Shown: positions 20,349-30,384, counted from the first letter of the whole stretch. The stretch: 61,087 nucleotides of DNA, filler included, from Barthelona sp. PAP020 (GCA_040182905.1; 10 parts of 10 records of this genome joined end to end with filler, not necessarily neighbours in it), one strand, 5' to 3'. Translations and numbers: made by a program. Notes: generated by a model from the sequence alone, not told the origin.

Positions 20349-21587
20349 ATGAATAAGTTGGGTATTGACGGGGGAATGGAAAAGATTTTTTTAAAATCAG
20401 ATGGTTCTTTGGGTTTAAGAAACAACAATAATAAAAATAAAAATATCGAAAAAGAAGATCAACGAAATATTATATGCAAAAAAGAAAGAACTGTCAACCT
20501 TTATCGATCGCAAAAAATGAATACAAATACGTTTAAAGAGAATAAAGGATCAACTGTGAGTGTTCCAATGCTAAATACTAGACGATTGGAACATAACAAA
20601 TCAGAATTGACGAAAAAGAGAGGAAAATTTCATTCTTTTAGTGATACTGCGATGTTTAAACCTTTAAAGCTGGAAGATTCTCCACTAAATGATTTTTCAG
20701 AAGTTAATTATTTGAATTATATGAGTAATTTGTCTGAGAAGTCTCTATCTTCACGAAATTCTTCTTTTGAGGAAAAACCAGTCAATACATTATCTGTAAC
20801 TGGAAATATACAAAAACGTATAGATATAAATGATGATTTCATGTTTGATAGTGACAATAATGATTTTGAAAAAATGGATAAAAGAAGAAAAAACAGGAGA
20901 TGCAAAAGTTCACCGCTAAAAATGTGGAAGCCAACAAAAAACAAAAAAGGAGTGGATAAAAACGTTATATTTGATGAAATTATTGCACCCAAAATGCACT
21001 TTTTCTTGAAAGATAAGAACAATAAAGAAAGGGAATCAAGTCAAAAAAACTCACTTTCTTTGGAGAATGAACCTGAAAAAGAACCTATTTCTTTGTCTTT
21101 TAGACCCAATGTTACTTTGCCACCCTTAGATAACACTGTATTTTTAATGGGCATAAAAGATATAAATTCCAAAACCTCATCATTAAGAAAAGCTATTATT
21201 GAAGAAGAAAAAAAACCAACTATATTTAAAAATTCGCGCAAAAATTCACTTGTTCTATCTGCTAGATTGTATGATGAGGGATTAGAATCTAAAAGAAGGA
21301 AATATAAAAAGAATCAACATGCATATTTCAGAAATGTTGATTCAATTGCATCAATGGTTGATTCACATGATGTGGATTTCGGTTTATATGAATTTGATGA
21401 TACGTTTGATGTTGAGCATTCCAAGAAAACTGCCAGAAAACCAAAGTATTGCAAACCTGTTGGATCTATTTTATTTGATATCAATGAAGATATTAAGGAT
21501 AATTGTGAGGCGGAAAGTGATTTGGATTCAACGATATCAATAACTGATTTATTATCACGTTTTAATGAACAGAAACCACAAAAATAA
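20349..21587 (+). CDS. Hypothetical low-complexity K/N/S-rich protein
   Basis: 412-aa uninterrupted ORF ending 4 bp from the convergent cyclase stop. No recognisable domain. Confidence 0.65.
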   Translation: MNKLGIDGGMEKIFLKSDGSLGLRNNNNKNKNIEKEDQRNIICKKERTVNLYRSQKMNTNTFKENKGSTVSVPMLNTRRLEHNKSELTKKRGKFHSFSDTAMFKPLKLEDSPLNDFSEVNYLNYMSNLSEKSLSSRNSSFEEKPVNTLSVTGNIQKRIDINDDFMFDSDNNDFEKMDKRRKNRRCKSSPLKMWKPTKNKKGVDKNVIFDEIIAPKMHFFLKDKNNKERESSQKNSLSLENEPEKEPISLSFRPNVTLPPLDNTVFLMGIKDINSKTSSLRKAIIEEEKKPTIFKNSRKNSLVLSARLYDEGLESKRRKYKKNQHAYFRNVDSIASMVDSHDVDFGLYEFDDTFDVEHSKKTARKPKYCKPVGSILFDINEDIKDNCEAESDLDSTISITDLLSRFNEQKPQK

Positions 21588-21591
21588 AATT

Positions 21592-23568
21592 TTAAAGCTT
21601 ATTGTTTTTACACATATAATATTTTCTTGCAGCATTTCTGAATTTAGAAAGAGCCATCAATGGCCATGATTGGGCATAACTGGGATATTGCATGTAAACC
21701 AAACCAGGATGGCCAGTACCAACTGCAGATTCATCAAAAAATCTACCATTTTTCTCATAATAATCAACAAGAAATTGAGCTGCTTTTTCAGCAGCAACAA
21801 AATATTTTTCACTGTCATTCTCAAGAAGTGACAAAAGCGCCCATGCTGTTTGAGTCACAGTAGGTTTACCTACACCTCGAAATTCATACCACTTTGGATT
21901 GCTTCCTTTATAACTCATTGTACTTTCCCCAAAACCACCATTAAAAAATTGTTTGGTCAGAAGCCAATCTAAGGCATTTACAATAACAGGATCATTTGCA
22001 GAAATACCAACTGAACGAAGACCCGTGACAGCTGCATGTGTTCCATAAATGTAGTTTACTCCCCAACGCCCCCAAAAAGCTCCATCTTTTTCTTGACAAG
22101 ATTTCACAAATTCAATACCTCTGCGAACAACTTCATGAGACTTGTCAAGACCAATATGGCCAAGAGCTTTCAGCACATGACCAGTAACATCAACAGTTGG
22201 GTAATCAAACATTTCAGCACTGTCAAAAAAAACGCCTGCACCAATTTTAACGATATTAGAAGGATATTGATTGGAGGTAAATGAAGCCCAACCTCCATTA
22301 GATGATTGCATTTGAAAAAGCCAATGAGCAAGATCCATTTCGAGATTAATATGTTCAGAATTTCGGTTGATAGCGAGTAAAGAAAGCATTTCTGCTGTAT
22401 CATCAATATCAGGATATCCCCAAAAGTCTTCTCCATAAGCAACTGCTACAAAATGCATCTGTTGTGCAGTTTTAATAATAGAATTGTGAATATGATAATC
22501 AATAACAGACGTAGCACGTTCATCATGAGAATCAACCCCAGCACTGTACAAACTTTGCATGATTAAAATACCATCCCAATAATGACCATCATCTAGGGCA
22601 CCAAAATAAGCCGCAGTATTATTTGTATATAGTTTTTCGATGAATGTAAAGCTTTCATTAAATTTCCTTTGCATTTCAACAAACCCAACATGTTCGTTGC
22701 CCAACCAACTTCGGCGAACTTCAAACAATGGGATGTAGTGAGAAATTGCAATTATTGAAAACAGTGTGGAGACAGTGTAGGCTCCATGAGTTCCACATGG
22801 TTGTCTGGTATTTAGAATTGCTCTATAAACTTCAATAACATGCTTGTTTGGTCTGAATTTTGCTGGGGAAAGTGAAGGAAGTTCACCTGTTGTGTACAAC
22901 TCAGGTAAATAATACCTTGAATCAAGATTATCAAATCGAAACTCAAAATGTCTCAAATAAGCAATTGGAAGAACATGGGGTGTTGTCCATTGAGCAATCT
23001 TATTGGGAAGATAAAATAATTTATTTGGAACCAAAGAAAACAAAGGAATGTATGGCAACTTTTTCCAATCATAATTACCAAAAATAGATAACCAAAATTT
23101 GCTCATCGCAGGTGCTTTATCAATACCACCTTTAGAGAGAATAAATGATTTTGCTTTGAGCATAACATCACAACTAGGATTCATTCCCATTACTTTTAGT
23201 GTCCAATAAGAATATATTGTTGCATCCAATTCAGATTCTTCTCTGTTTGAATCATAAACAAACGTCCATCCACCATCAACTCTCTGTTGATCCAATAAAA
23301 TATCCTGTAATTTATTTTTGTCAAGAATTGAAACATGTTGAACATTCATCACTGTTCTAACGATGTAATACATTCCAAGATATTGAGGTCCAAGATATGG
23401 AGAAAAATCCCAATGAGTATCATCAACAAGATTTTTCATCAAAAAATCCATTTGAGCTGTTTGAACACCCTCAATTCTGTGAACCATCTCACAACCATCT
23501 TTTTCACAACATAATGCATTATTTAGTACAATAAAAACCGATAAAAAGATATAAATACAAATTTTCAT
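21592..23568 (-). CDS. STC: Squalene-tetrahymanol cyclase (squalene cyclase family)
   Basis: Catalytic DxDD motif (YPDIDDT) rather than OSC-type DCTAE. QW repeats (QRVDGGW, QSSNGGW, QEKDGAFWGRWGVNYIYGT, QFFNGGFGES). STC-like segments SPYLG, ELDATIYSYW, GTGHPGLVYMQYPSY. First ATG 23568. Confidence 0.85.
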   Translation of the reverse strand: MKICIYIFLSVFIVLNNALCCEKDGCEMVHRIEGVQTAQMDFLMKNLVDDTHWDFSPYLGPQYLGMYYIVRTVMNVQHVSILDKNKLQDILLDQQRVDGGWTFVYDSNREESELDATIYSYWTLKVMGMNPSCDVMLKAKSFILSKGGIDKAPAMSKFWLSIFGNYDWKKLPYIPLFSLVPNKLFYLPNKIAQWTTPHVLPIAYLRHFEFRFDNLDSRYYLPELYTTGELPSLSPAKFRPNKHVIEVYRAILNTRQPCGTHGAYTVSTLFSIIAISHYIPLFEVRRSWLGNEHVGFVEMQRKFNESFTFIEKLYTNNTAAYFGALDDGHYWDGILIMQSLYSAGVDSHDERATSVIDYHIHNSIIKTAQQMHFVAVAYGEDFWGYPDIDDTAEMLSLLAINRNSEHINLEMDLAHWLFQMQSSNGGWASFTSNQYPSNIVKIGAGVFFDSAEMFDYPTVDVTGHVLKALGHIGLDKSHEVVRRGIEFVKSCQEKDGAFWGRWGVNYIYGTHAAVTGLRSVGISANDPVIVNALDWLLTKQFFNGGFGESTMSYKGSNPKWYEFRGVGKPTVTQTAWALLSLLENDSEKYFVAAEKAAQFLVDYYEKNGRFFDESAVGTGHPGLVYMQYPSYAQSWPLMALSKFRNAARKYYMCKNNKL

Positions 23569-23644
23569 TGGTGAAAAAGTCCCAAAAAAAAAAATCAAAA
23601 ACAAAGAAAAATAAAATCTTTTTTTGAAAAGAAATTATAATATT

Positions 23645-24391
23645 ATGAGCAGTGCACAATATATTGAGGAAGTAGAGAAGCGTATTCGTTTTTTTACATC
23701 GAAAATTGAAAAGGCTGAAAAAAATGAAAATCGTCAACGTAGAAATGTTGAACTCAATAGTGAACAACTTGCAAGTATTGAAAGGCTGCCTTCATTACGT
23801 AAAACTCTTGAGACTCTTGAAGATTTACGTGACAGATTAGTCAAAGTTGGAAGAGATGCAACTAAACAAATTAAAAAGGAGAAAAGGGATTTGATTGATA
23901 GAGCTGTTGTTTCTGAACAGGAAAAGTATGAACCTGAGATTGAAAAGTTGCAACAAGCTCTTCAAAAGAAAGATGAGGTACTTCTTTCGTTCTTCGATCT
24001 GTATGAGAATATTGTTGATACCATTGATTATCTTAGTAATGAGGAAAATGTCACGAATTTATGTGAAGAAATTCGCATCAAAAAGGTTATTAATGGTGAA
24101 TTGACCCATGAAGAAGCCGATGAATATTCATTCGAAGAAGACCTTCTAGGTTTCAATGAAAAGAAAGAATTTTTGGAGAACATCATCAAAAGAGAAGATG
24201 GTCAATCAATGAAATTGAAATTAATGACATTGTACAATTCAGATAACAAGGAATTGCTGGACATATTTGATTATTTAAATTCTTTCCAATATAAAATTAA
24301 TTCCACTTTGCCTGAAATGCCTCCCATTCCAGAACCCGAACCAGAACCAGAACCACTTCCTTTGCTTTCCTTGCCAATGGGTTGGAACTAA
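23645..24391 (+). CDS. Caprin-like N-terminal (HR1) helical domain protein
   Basis: VEKRIRFFTSKIEK...ELNSEQLASIERL...LETLEDL resembles caprin-1 IDKKLRNLEKKK...RLNQDQLDAVSK...LEFAKEL. (PE)n tail. Confidence 0.55.
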   Translation: MSSAQYIEEVEKRIRFFTSKIEKAEKNENRQRRNVELNSEQLASIERLPSLRKTLETLEDLRDRLVKVGRDATKQIKKEKRDLIDRAVVSEQEKYEPEIEKLQQALQKKDEVLLSFFDLYENIVDTIDYLSNEENVTNLCEEIRIKKVINGELTHEEADEYSFEEDLLGFNEKKEFLENIIKREDGQSMKLKLMTLYNSDNKELLDIFDYLNSFQYKINSTLPEMPPIPEPEPEPEPLPLLSLPMGWN

Positions 24392-24581
24392 ATTTGCGTA
24401 AAAAGATCCTTATTTTGTTGGTTATAACAAACATGCATTTATTTTTCTCTTTCACCCACTTTTGGAAAGATTATACGAATAGTTTTGATTATAAACCAAA
24501 AGAAAATGTAAAAAATAAAAATATTTAATATTTACCGCAGTTTGAAAGTAAAACAATAAAAATAAGCAGAAGAAAATTGTG

Positions 24582-24686
24582 TCACTTCAAACTCTTTGAC
24601 CTAACAATACTAGGATCAATTTTCTTTTCGCCAGAATAACGGAATTTTGTTTCTCTTTCTCCTTGCCTCATAAAACTGCTCTTTAA
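24582..24686 (-). CDS. UTP3: 3' end of Sas10/Utp3 (SSU processome) protein (partial)
   Basis: Open from the contig edge: LKSSFMRQGERETKFRYSGEKKIDPSIVRSKSLK*, resembling the Sas10 C-terminal RYSGE..GI....KS.KLK. Absent from the ORF track. Confidence 0.65.
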   Translation of the reverse strand, partial: LKSSFMRQGERETKFRYSGEKKIDPSIVRSKSLK

Positions 24687-24687
24687 T

Positions 24688-24787
24688 NNNNNNNNNNNNN
24701 NNNNNNNNNNNNNNNNNNNNNNNNNNNNNNNTTAATTAATTAANNNNNNNNNNNNNNNNNNNNNNNNNNNNNNNNNNNNNNNNNNNN
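24688..24787. other. Artificial contig linker
   Basis: N44-TTAATTAATTAA-N44. Confidence 0.98.
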
Positions 24788-25302
24788 GTAAACCAATGCC
24801 TTTTGATGATTTTGTCAAACTTTACCTGCAAAATACACATGTTTTTTCAACTTACTCTGGATCGCTTATACCTCTACGAAGAATGTACGAGAATATTTGT
24901 AAAAAACATTTCTATCGGTGAATTTTTGCGATTTTTCATTTCTCTTAGCATTCAGAGACAAAAGAATTGAAAATCAAATGTGTTTAACTGTTTGTCAAAT
25001 TTCCAAATCAATAAAATATTCTTCCATTTTTTATTTAAATCACATACTTTTCTCATATTTATACCGCAAATATTATAACACTTCAGTTTATCCTCAGTAC
25101 CATTTAATAAACAGTTAACAATATTTTTTGAACATTGAATTATTTGTTTCAAATGAACAAAGGTTTAAAAATTTGAAATAAAAATTTTTATTCAGAAAAA
25201 AAAGGAAAACAGGCAAATAAATTTACAAAAAGTGCAAACAAGAAGCAATAAAACCACTGTTTGATTATACACAAGCAATAAAAAAAAACCCACTGCACTC
25301 AC

Positions 25303-26157
25303 CTATAAAGAGAAAGAAACAGCTGCATATGAAACTGATGATTCATTGAATGAATATTTTTGAATTCTAGACGATTGTTGATAATCCAACAATTCACCCC
25401 TAACTTTTGGATACTTCAACTCAAATAAAGCCAACAAAAGCAAAATGGGAATTTTTCCACAAATTGTGTTGCCAGTTTTTCCTAAATATTCTTTAAACCC
25501 ACGAAAATCATTGTCACAAATTAAATCAATGCCTTGTCTGTCTAAATTTTCGATTAATTCAAAAACTTTTTGATTATTCTTTGGTTTTGGAGCAAAATCA
25601 AAATTTCTTGCTCCATAATGACAAAAATCTGAAGAAATTACGACTAATGTACGTTCATCCAAAACTTCTAATAAAGCAGGTGCCAACAATCTTGGTTTGA
25701 CATCTCCTAATAAAATTGGAATAATTTTGACACTATCCAAGCGTTCTTTAAAAATATAAGCTAAAAAAGGTAATTGTAATTCCAAACAATGTTCAGTAAT
25801 ATCAGCATCTGTTGAAAGTGGTGAAAAATGGGGAGATTCTAACAATTTATCAACAATCTCTTTATTTAATCTCATAGAACCAAGAGGTGTTTCATATTCA
25901 TCAAACATTGAAACAGCTGCAGATACATAAGCTCTGTGAGAAGGTCCAATAATGCATATATTATCAAATGCATTGGGATCTACTTGACCAAAAGAATGTC
26001 CTGCACAGGGTGCAGAATATATAAATCCTGCATGAGGACATATAATTGCTTTTAAATTTGTTCGATAATCCACTTCTAAATATTGTTCAATCATCGATTT
26101 TAATCGTTGAGGATCATTTGGATACCAAGATCCAGCATGAGATGTTGGACGTGACAT
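25303..26157 (-). CDS. MEMO1: MEMO1 / AmmeMemoRadiSam protein B family
   Basis: RPTSHAGSWY, PHAGFIYS, GPSH, EHCLELQLPFL, SSDFCHYG, NTICG, SSVSYA. Confidence 0.95.
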   Translation of the reverse strand: MSRPTSHAGSWYPNDPQRLKSMIEQYLEVDYRTNLKAIICPHAGFIYSAPCAGHSFGQVDPNAFDNICIIGPSHRAYVSAAVSMFDEYETPLGSMRLNKEIVDKLLESPHFSPLSTDADITEHCLELQLPFLAYIFKERLDSVKIIPILLGDVKPRLLAPALLEVLDERTLVVISSDFCHYGARNFDFAPKPKNNQKVFELIENLDRQGIDLICDNDFRGFKEYLGKTGNTICGKIPILLLLALFELKYPKVRGELLDYQQSSRIQKYSFNESSVSYAAVSFSL

Positions 26158-26480
26158 AAATCTCTAAAAAAGTATCTGCTTTATTCAAAGAAATTCTTTC
26201 AAATTCAGTTTGAAAATTGTAAAACAGATATTAACCATTGGTAACCCAAAATGATAAACACCAAAACAATGACATTGTTGTGAACAATGTGTTTTGAAGA
26301 AAAAGAACAACAAACAATAAATTTACAATGTTAAAATTTTGATTGAACCAAAAAATTAATAAAAATAGGTGAAATTATTAACACCCTTCATAAAAATGAT
26401 AACAAAAACAAAATGAAACAAAAAAAACAAAAAAATTAGAATAATATTTATTAAAGAAATTCACAAAATACAAAGAAGAT

Positions 26481-26756
26481 CTACAAAATTTGTGTAATCA
26501 CAACGTAACCAACTATTGCCAAGACTATCAAAGCAATAATAATATAAAGCCTCCACTTTCTCCAAAACACAATTCTATCAGCCTCACGGGCATGATTTCT
26601 CAAAACACGAGCTTTTTGACTCATAGCATTAGCTTCTCTAGTTGTTTCATGAAAATCATCATTTAAATGGGTCATTTTTCTAACATTATTGGAAGCAATA
26701 GCATTTGCTTCATTTAATTCTATTTCAACCTCATCTAAAGTGGATCGTTTGGACAT
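26481..26756 (-). CDS. Brevin-type R-SNARE (synaptobrevin/VAMP-like), atypical zero layer
   Basis: 91 aa, aligning gaplessly by eye to the VAMP2 SNARE motif, with juxtamembrane FWRKWR and a C-terminal TM helix. Confidence 0.8.
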   Translation of the reverse strand: MSKRSTLDEVEIELNEANAIASNNVRKMTHLNDDFHETTREANAMSQKARVLRNHAREADRIVFWRKWRLYIIIALIVLAIVGYVVITQIL

Positions 26757-27309
26757 GTTTGAGAAAAAAAAAAAAGGCAAACTTTACATTCATTATCAAC
26801 AAAAAAAAACCATTTGGGAATTGCTATTAAGTTCTGACGACAGAAGAAAACTTTTGATAGAAAATTCCAACAAAAATTGGGTCTTTCATCAGCAATAAAT
26901 ACTACACACTTGAATCAAAGAAGGCTTCCTGGAATTTCAACTTAATATTTATATTATCAATCACACTTCTATAAATGTTTAAAAAATAACTCAAAAAGAA
27001 AGACTATGTTTAAACTGTCAAAATATCTGTTATTTTGAAAGAAAAATATTCTGAAAAGCCTATTAAATTTTTTGCTTTAAACACGATTTATTGCAGCTTT
27101 CAATATTCGAGAAAGAGTTTTGGTAAAATATTCAAAGCAAACCAAATTCTCAAAGTCATTAAAAATCATGGAGAAAGATGTTGTAAAATCTATTATTAAT
27201 TCAAACTATACGATTTTTGTGCTCAAAAGTTCAAAAATAATCATCAAAAGACACATTTAAAAAAAAAAAAGGCTGGTCTTTTTGGCAAATTATTTTTTAG
27301 ATGTGAATC

Positions 27310-30300
27310 ATGATTAATGGAAATTCTCAATTTAAGAACTACTGGGAGATTAGAGAACAACATGAAAAAGAACTAAATTATTTACAGGATCCAATATATT
27401 CCATTGCATATTGTGATTCATTTTTGAAGATAAACAAAGCAAATTCGAAAATCGATTGTGTGAATTACAAGACTGATATTAATAGTGTAAATATTGAAAT
27501 AACTAATGGAATTTCACATATCTTTGATGGATTTTCTGGTGTTTTTGATACTAATGAATCAATAAATGTAATTTTTGAAGAAATATCAACCCCTTTATTA
27601 GCCTCATTGCAAAAAGGATTTTCTACCACCTGTATTGTTCATGGAACTTCGAAAGAGTGTTACTATGATGATATTTTTGGGAAATATTCTTCAATAATTA
27701 CGCAAATGATCTTAACTTTATTCAATTCAAATGCCCAAGATATTGAAATTTTTGTTTCTGGTTGTTATTTTTCAAACAATGCTATTCTTGATGTCTTTTC
27801 TGATGAACATTGTGAACCAGAATCAAATAATCAACATCAGGAAACTTTTAATTTCGTTTTACATCAACAAAAAATTGAACAAAACAATATTCTTGAAAAC
27901 TTTGAAATTTTTAAAAAGATTGATATTGAAGATTTCTTTGTGATGAGATTGACTATTTATGATGTGAAAACAAATGAATGCGTCTATTTACATGTAATGA
28001 ATCTTTTGAATGAAAAATTTTGTGATATCAATGAAGATTTGAACGCTAAATACATCATAAATCAGATAATAAGTGGTAAAACTGAAGTCAAAGGCAGTAA
28101 AAATCTGATTCAAATGATAAGAATCTTATTCAATACTAATAAACTCGTTCAATTATTTTATCTTTCAATAGATCAAAAAGATATTGCCACAACATTGAAT
28201 CATTTACAATTTACTGCGGAATTAATGGAGTTAAAAACCAATTTACAAAGGAAAAATGTGAGTTTTAAAGTTGATGAGTCTTTAAAGTATATTTCCATTT
28301 CTTCTCTAGCTAATAAACGAGATTGCATCCAAACATTTTCAAATTCTTTCAAACATAATGTTGAAAATTTTGATTATCATCGTGATATGCTCAATTTCAT
28401 CGAAAAACAGAATATTGAGAATGTTGAAAGGGAAAAAAAAAATAATGATGATTCTGTTGAGATGACGTCAATTTTAACATCTCCAATAACATCAATCACA
28501 AAACAGCAAACAAAACTTGAAATAAACTCGAAGAATATTTTAAATGAAGAAATTCAAACCAAAAATTCCCAAAACTTAAATAAAGTTCTTTCAAAATTGG
28601 AGGAATGTAATACCAATTTTGTTGATGATTTTTATGTGTCAACTACACAAGAAACACACAAAAAAGACATTTTTTTTGACATAAATGAAACCAAGATCAA
28701 GAATTTTCAAACTTTTTCAGGATTATTACCCAGCCCAAAAAATGATCACAGTCCTAGTCCAAAAAATAATTGCATTTTTACTGCTGTACCTAGTCCTAAA
28801 GATGATTATAATCTTCAAATTCCTAAAAACGATTTTATTGCCAAAAATATTATTGAATCATCATCATCATCATCTTTTTCATCATATACACCATTAAAAT
28901 TTGAACCAAATGCTTGTAATCAAGATGAAACTTCACCAAATGATTCTGTTGAGAATGTTGATGTGAACATGGTCAAAGATACCAAATCAGAAGGTGAACT
29001 TGTTTTTATCAACAATCATAATTGTTCTATTGATTCCACAGATGATTCCGTTTTTGGTGTCATAGATTATTCAGAAGATAAAAAAAAAGAAGAAGAAGAA
29101 GATGATGATGAATTTTTTGAAATTTCACATGATCCTGATAATATGAAAACAATCCACCTTTTGCTAAAGAAATTAGATGAAAAAGATGAAATTATCACAA
29201 AATTATCATTTGAAAATGAGCAAAACAATGAATTAATAAGAGAATATGTACAAAAACAAAATATAATTAATTCACGTGTTGTTGGTGATGAATTATCAAT
29301 AAATAAAGAAATACTTAAAAACAATCATAAATTTGATCAATCTAAAATTAATTATGAAAGAGAAATTGCTCAATTAATAAAAGAAACCGAAAACACTTCA
29401 AGAACAATGTTATTACGTGAAATAGTTGGTTTGAAGCATCAAATTTCTGAATTGAAACAACAATTAGACAGACAAATTATTGATAAAAATCATTTGAGAT
29501 CTTCTAGAGCAGACAATGCAAGAAATTGCAGAAAAATCAAAAAAATTCAAGCAGATAATGAAAAATTGACAAAAATTCAAAAAGATTTATCGTCTTCACT
29601 CAAAGAATTACAAGAAAGATTTGATAATACGAGAAACCTCAACAGTACATTGCAAAAACAAATCAAACATCAAATAAATAGAATTATTTCACTTGAAAAT
29701 GAACTTGTATCAAATGCTGCCATCGATTTTCAAAATACAACGATTGAAACAAAGCAGAAAAACATTCCCATCAAATCACCAACAATTCCTTCAAATAGAA
29801 ATGATATTGAAAAGGAAAAGAAGAAAACTACATATATTCAACAGTCTGACACTTTAAAGAAAAATTCAAATGCATCAAATGAAGTTTTTAACGCTTGTCG
29901 AAAAAAATTAGTAAATTTTGGTTTGAAACAACTTCAAACAAACAAAAATACAGATATTCATTCTTGTTTAACAAACATATTTTTAAAATTAGGTGATATG
30001 GAAACAGTATCTGATAAAGATGTTAATTTTGAAGTGCTGATTGAATATTTAAAGATATTTTTGGAACAAGAAACTCCTTTACATAAAGAAATTCGTGAAT
30101 TAGCCCACATCATCAACAGTCATTTGGAAATTGATGGCAATGATTCAGCTTTGTTAGTTTCAAAACGATTATTGAAACAAATGAAGTTTCAAATTGAAAA
30201 TGGGAATGTGAGGGAAGTGTTAAAAATATCAAAGAGATTTTGTGAACTTGCTGAAAGGAAAATTTCTAAAAGGTTTTGTTTTGATCTTATTGACCTTTAT

Positions 30301-30384
30301 TTCGATCAAATTAAAGATCTTGATAATTCCTCAAAGGCTTCTTTCATTTCGATTTTAACAGACAGATGTTACAAGCATTTGTAA
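27310..30384 (+). CDS. Degenerate kinesin-like (pseudo-motor) protein with coiled coil
   Basis: FSGVFDTNESINVIFEEISTPLLASLQKGFSTTCIVHG and TTLNHLQF follow the kinesin motor layout, but the P-loop and switch motifs are lost. Confidence 0.65.
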   Translation: MINGNSQFKNYWEIREQHEKELNYLQDPIYSIAYCDSFLKINKANSKIDCVNYKTDINSVNIEITNGISHIFDGFSGVFDTNESINVIFEEISTPLLASLQKGFSTTCIVHGTSKECYYDDIFGKYSSIITQMILTLFNSNAQDIEIFVSGCYFSNNAILDVFSDEHCEPESNNQHQETFNFVLHQQKIEQNNILENFEIFKKIDIEDFFVMRLTIYDVKTNECVYLHVMNLLNEKFCDINEDLNAKYIINQIISGKTEVKGSKNLIQMIRILFNTNKLVQLFYLSIDQKDIATTLNHLQFTAELMELKTNLQRKNVSFKVDESLKYISISSLANKRDCIQTFSNSFKHNVENFDYHRDMLNFIEKQNIENVEREKKNNDDSVEMTSILTSPITSITKQQTKLEINSKNILNEEIQTKNSQNLNKVLSKLEECNTNFVDDFYVSTTQETHKKDIFFDINETKIKNFQTFSGLLPSPKNDHSPSPKNNCIFTAVPSPKDDYNLQIPKNDFIAKNIIESSSSSSFSSYTPLKFEPNACNQDETSPNDSVENVDVNMVKDTKSEGELVFINNHNCSIDSTDDSVFGVIDYSEDKKKEEEEDDDEFFEISHDPDNMKTIHLLLKKLDEKDEIITKLSFENEQNNELIREYVQKQNIINSRVVGDELSINKEILKNNHKFDQSKINYEREIAQLIKETENTSRTMLLREIVGLKHQISELKQQLDRQIIDKNHLRSSRADNARNCRKIKKIQADNEKLTKIQKDLSSSLKELQERFDNTRNLNSTLQKQIKHQINRIISLENELVSNAAIDFQNTTIETKQKNIPIKSPTIPSNRNDIEKEKKKTTYIQQSDTLKKNSNASNEVFNACRKKLVNFGLKQLQTNKNTDIHSCLTNIFLKLGDMETVSDKDVNFEVLIEYLKIFLEQETPLHKEIRELAHIINSHLEIDGNDSALLVSKRLLKQMKFQIENGNVREVLKISKRFCELAERKISKRFCFDLIDLYFDQIKDLDNSSKASFISILTDRCYKHL
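28729..28833 (+). repeat. Imperfect PSPK(N/D)D peptide repeats within the pseudo-kinesin
   Basis: PSPKNDH-SPSPKNN...PSPKDD...IPKND. Confidence 0.5.
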
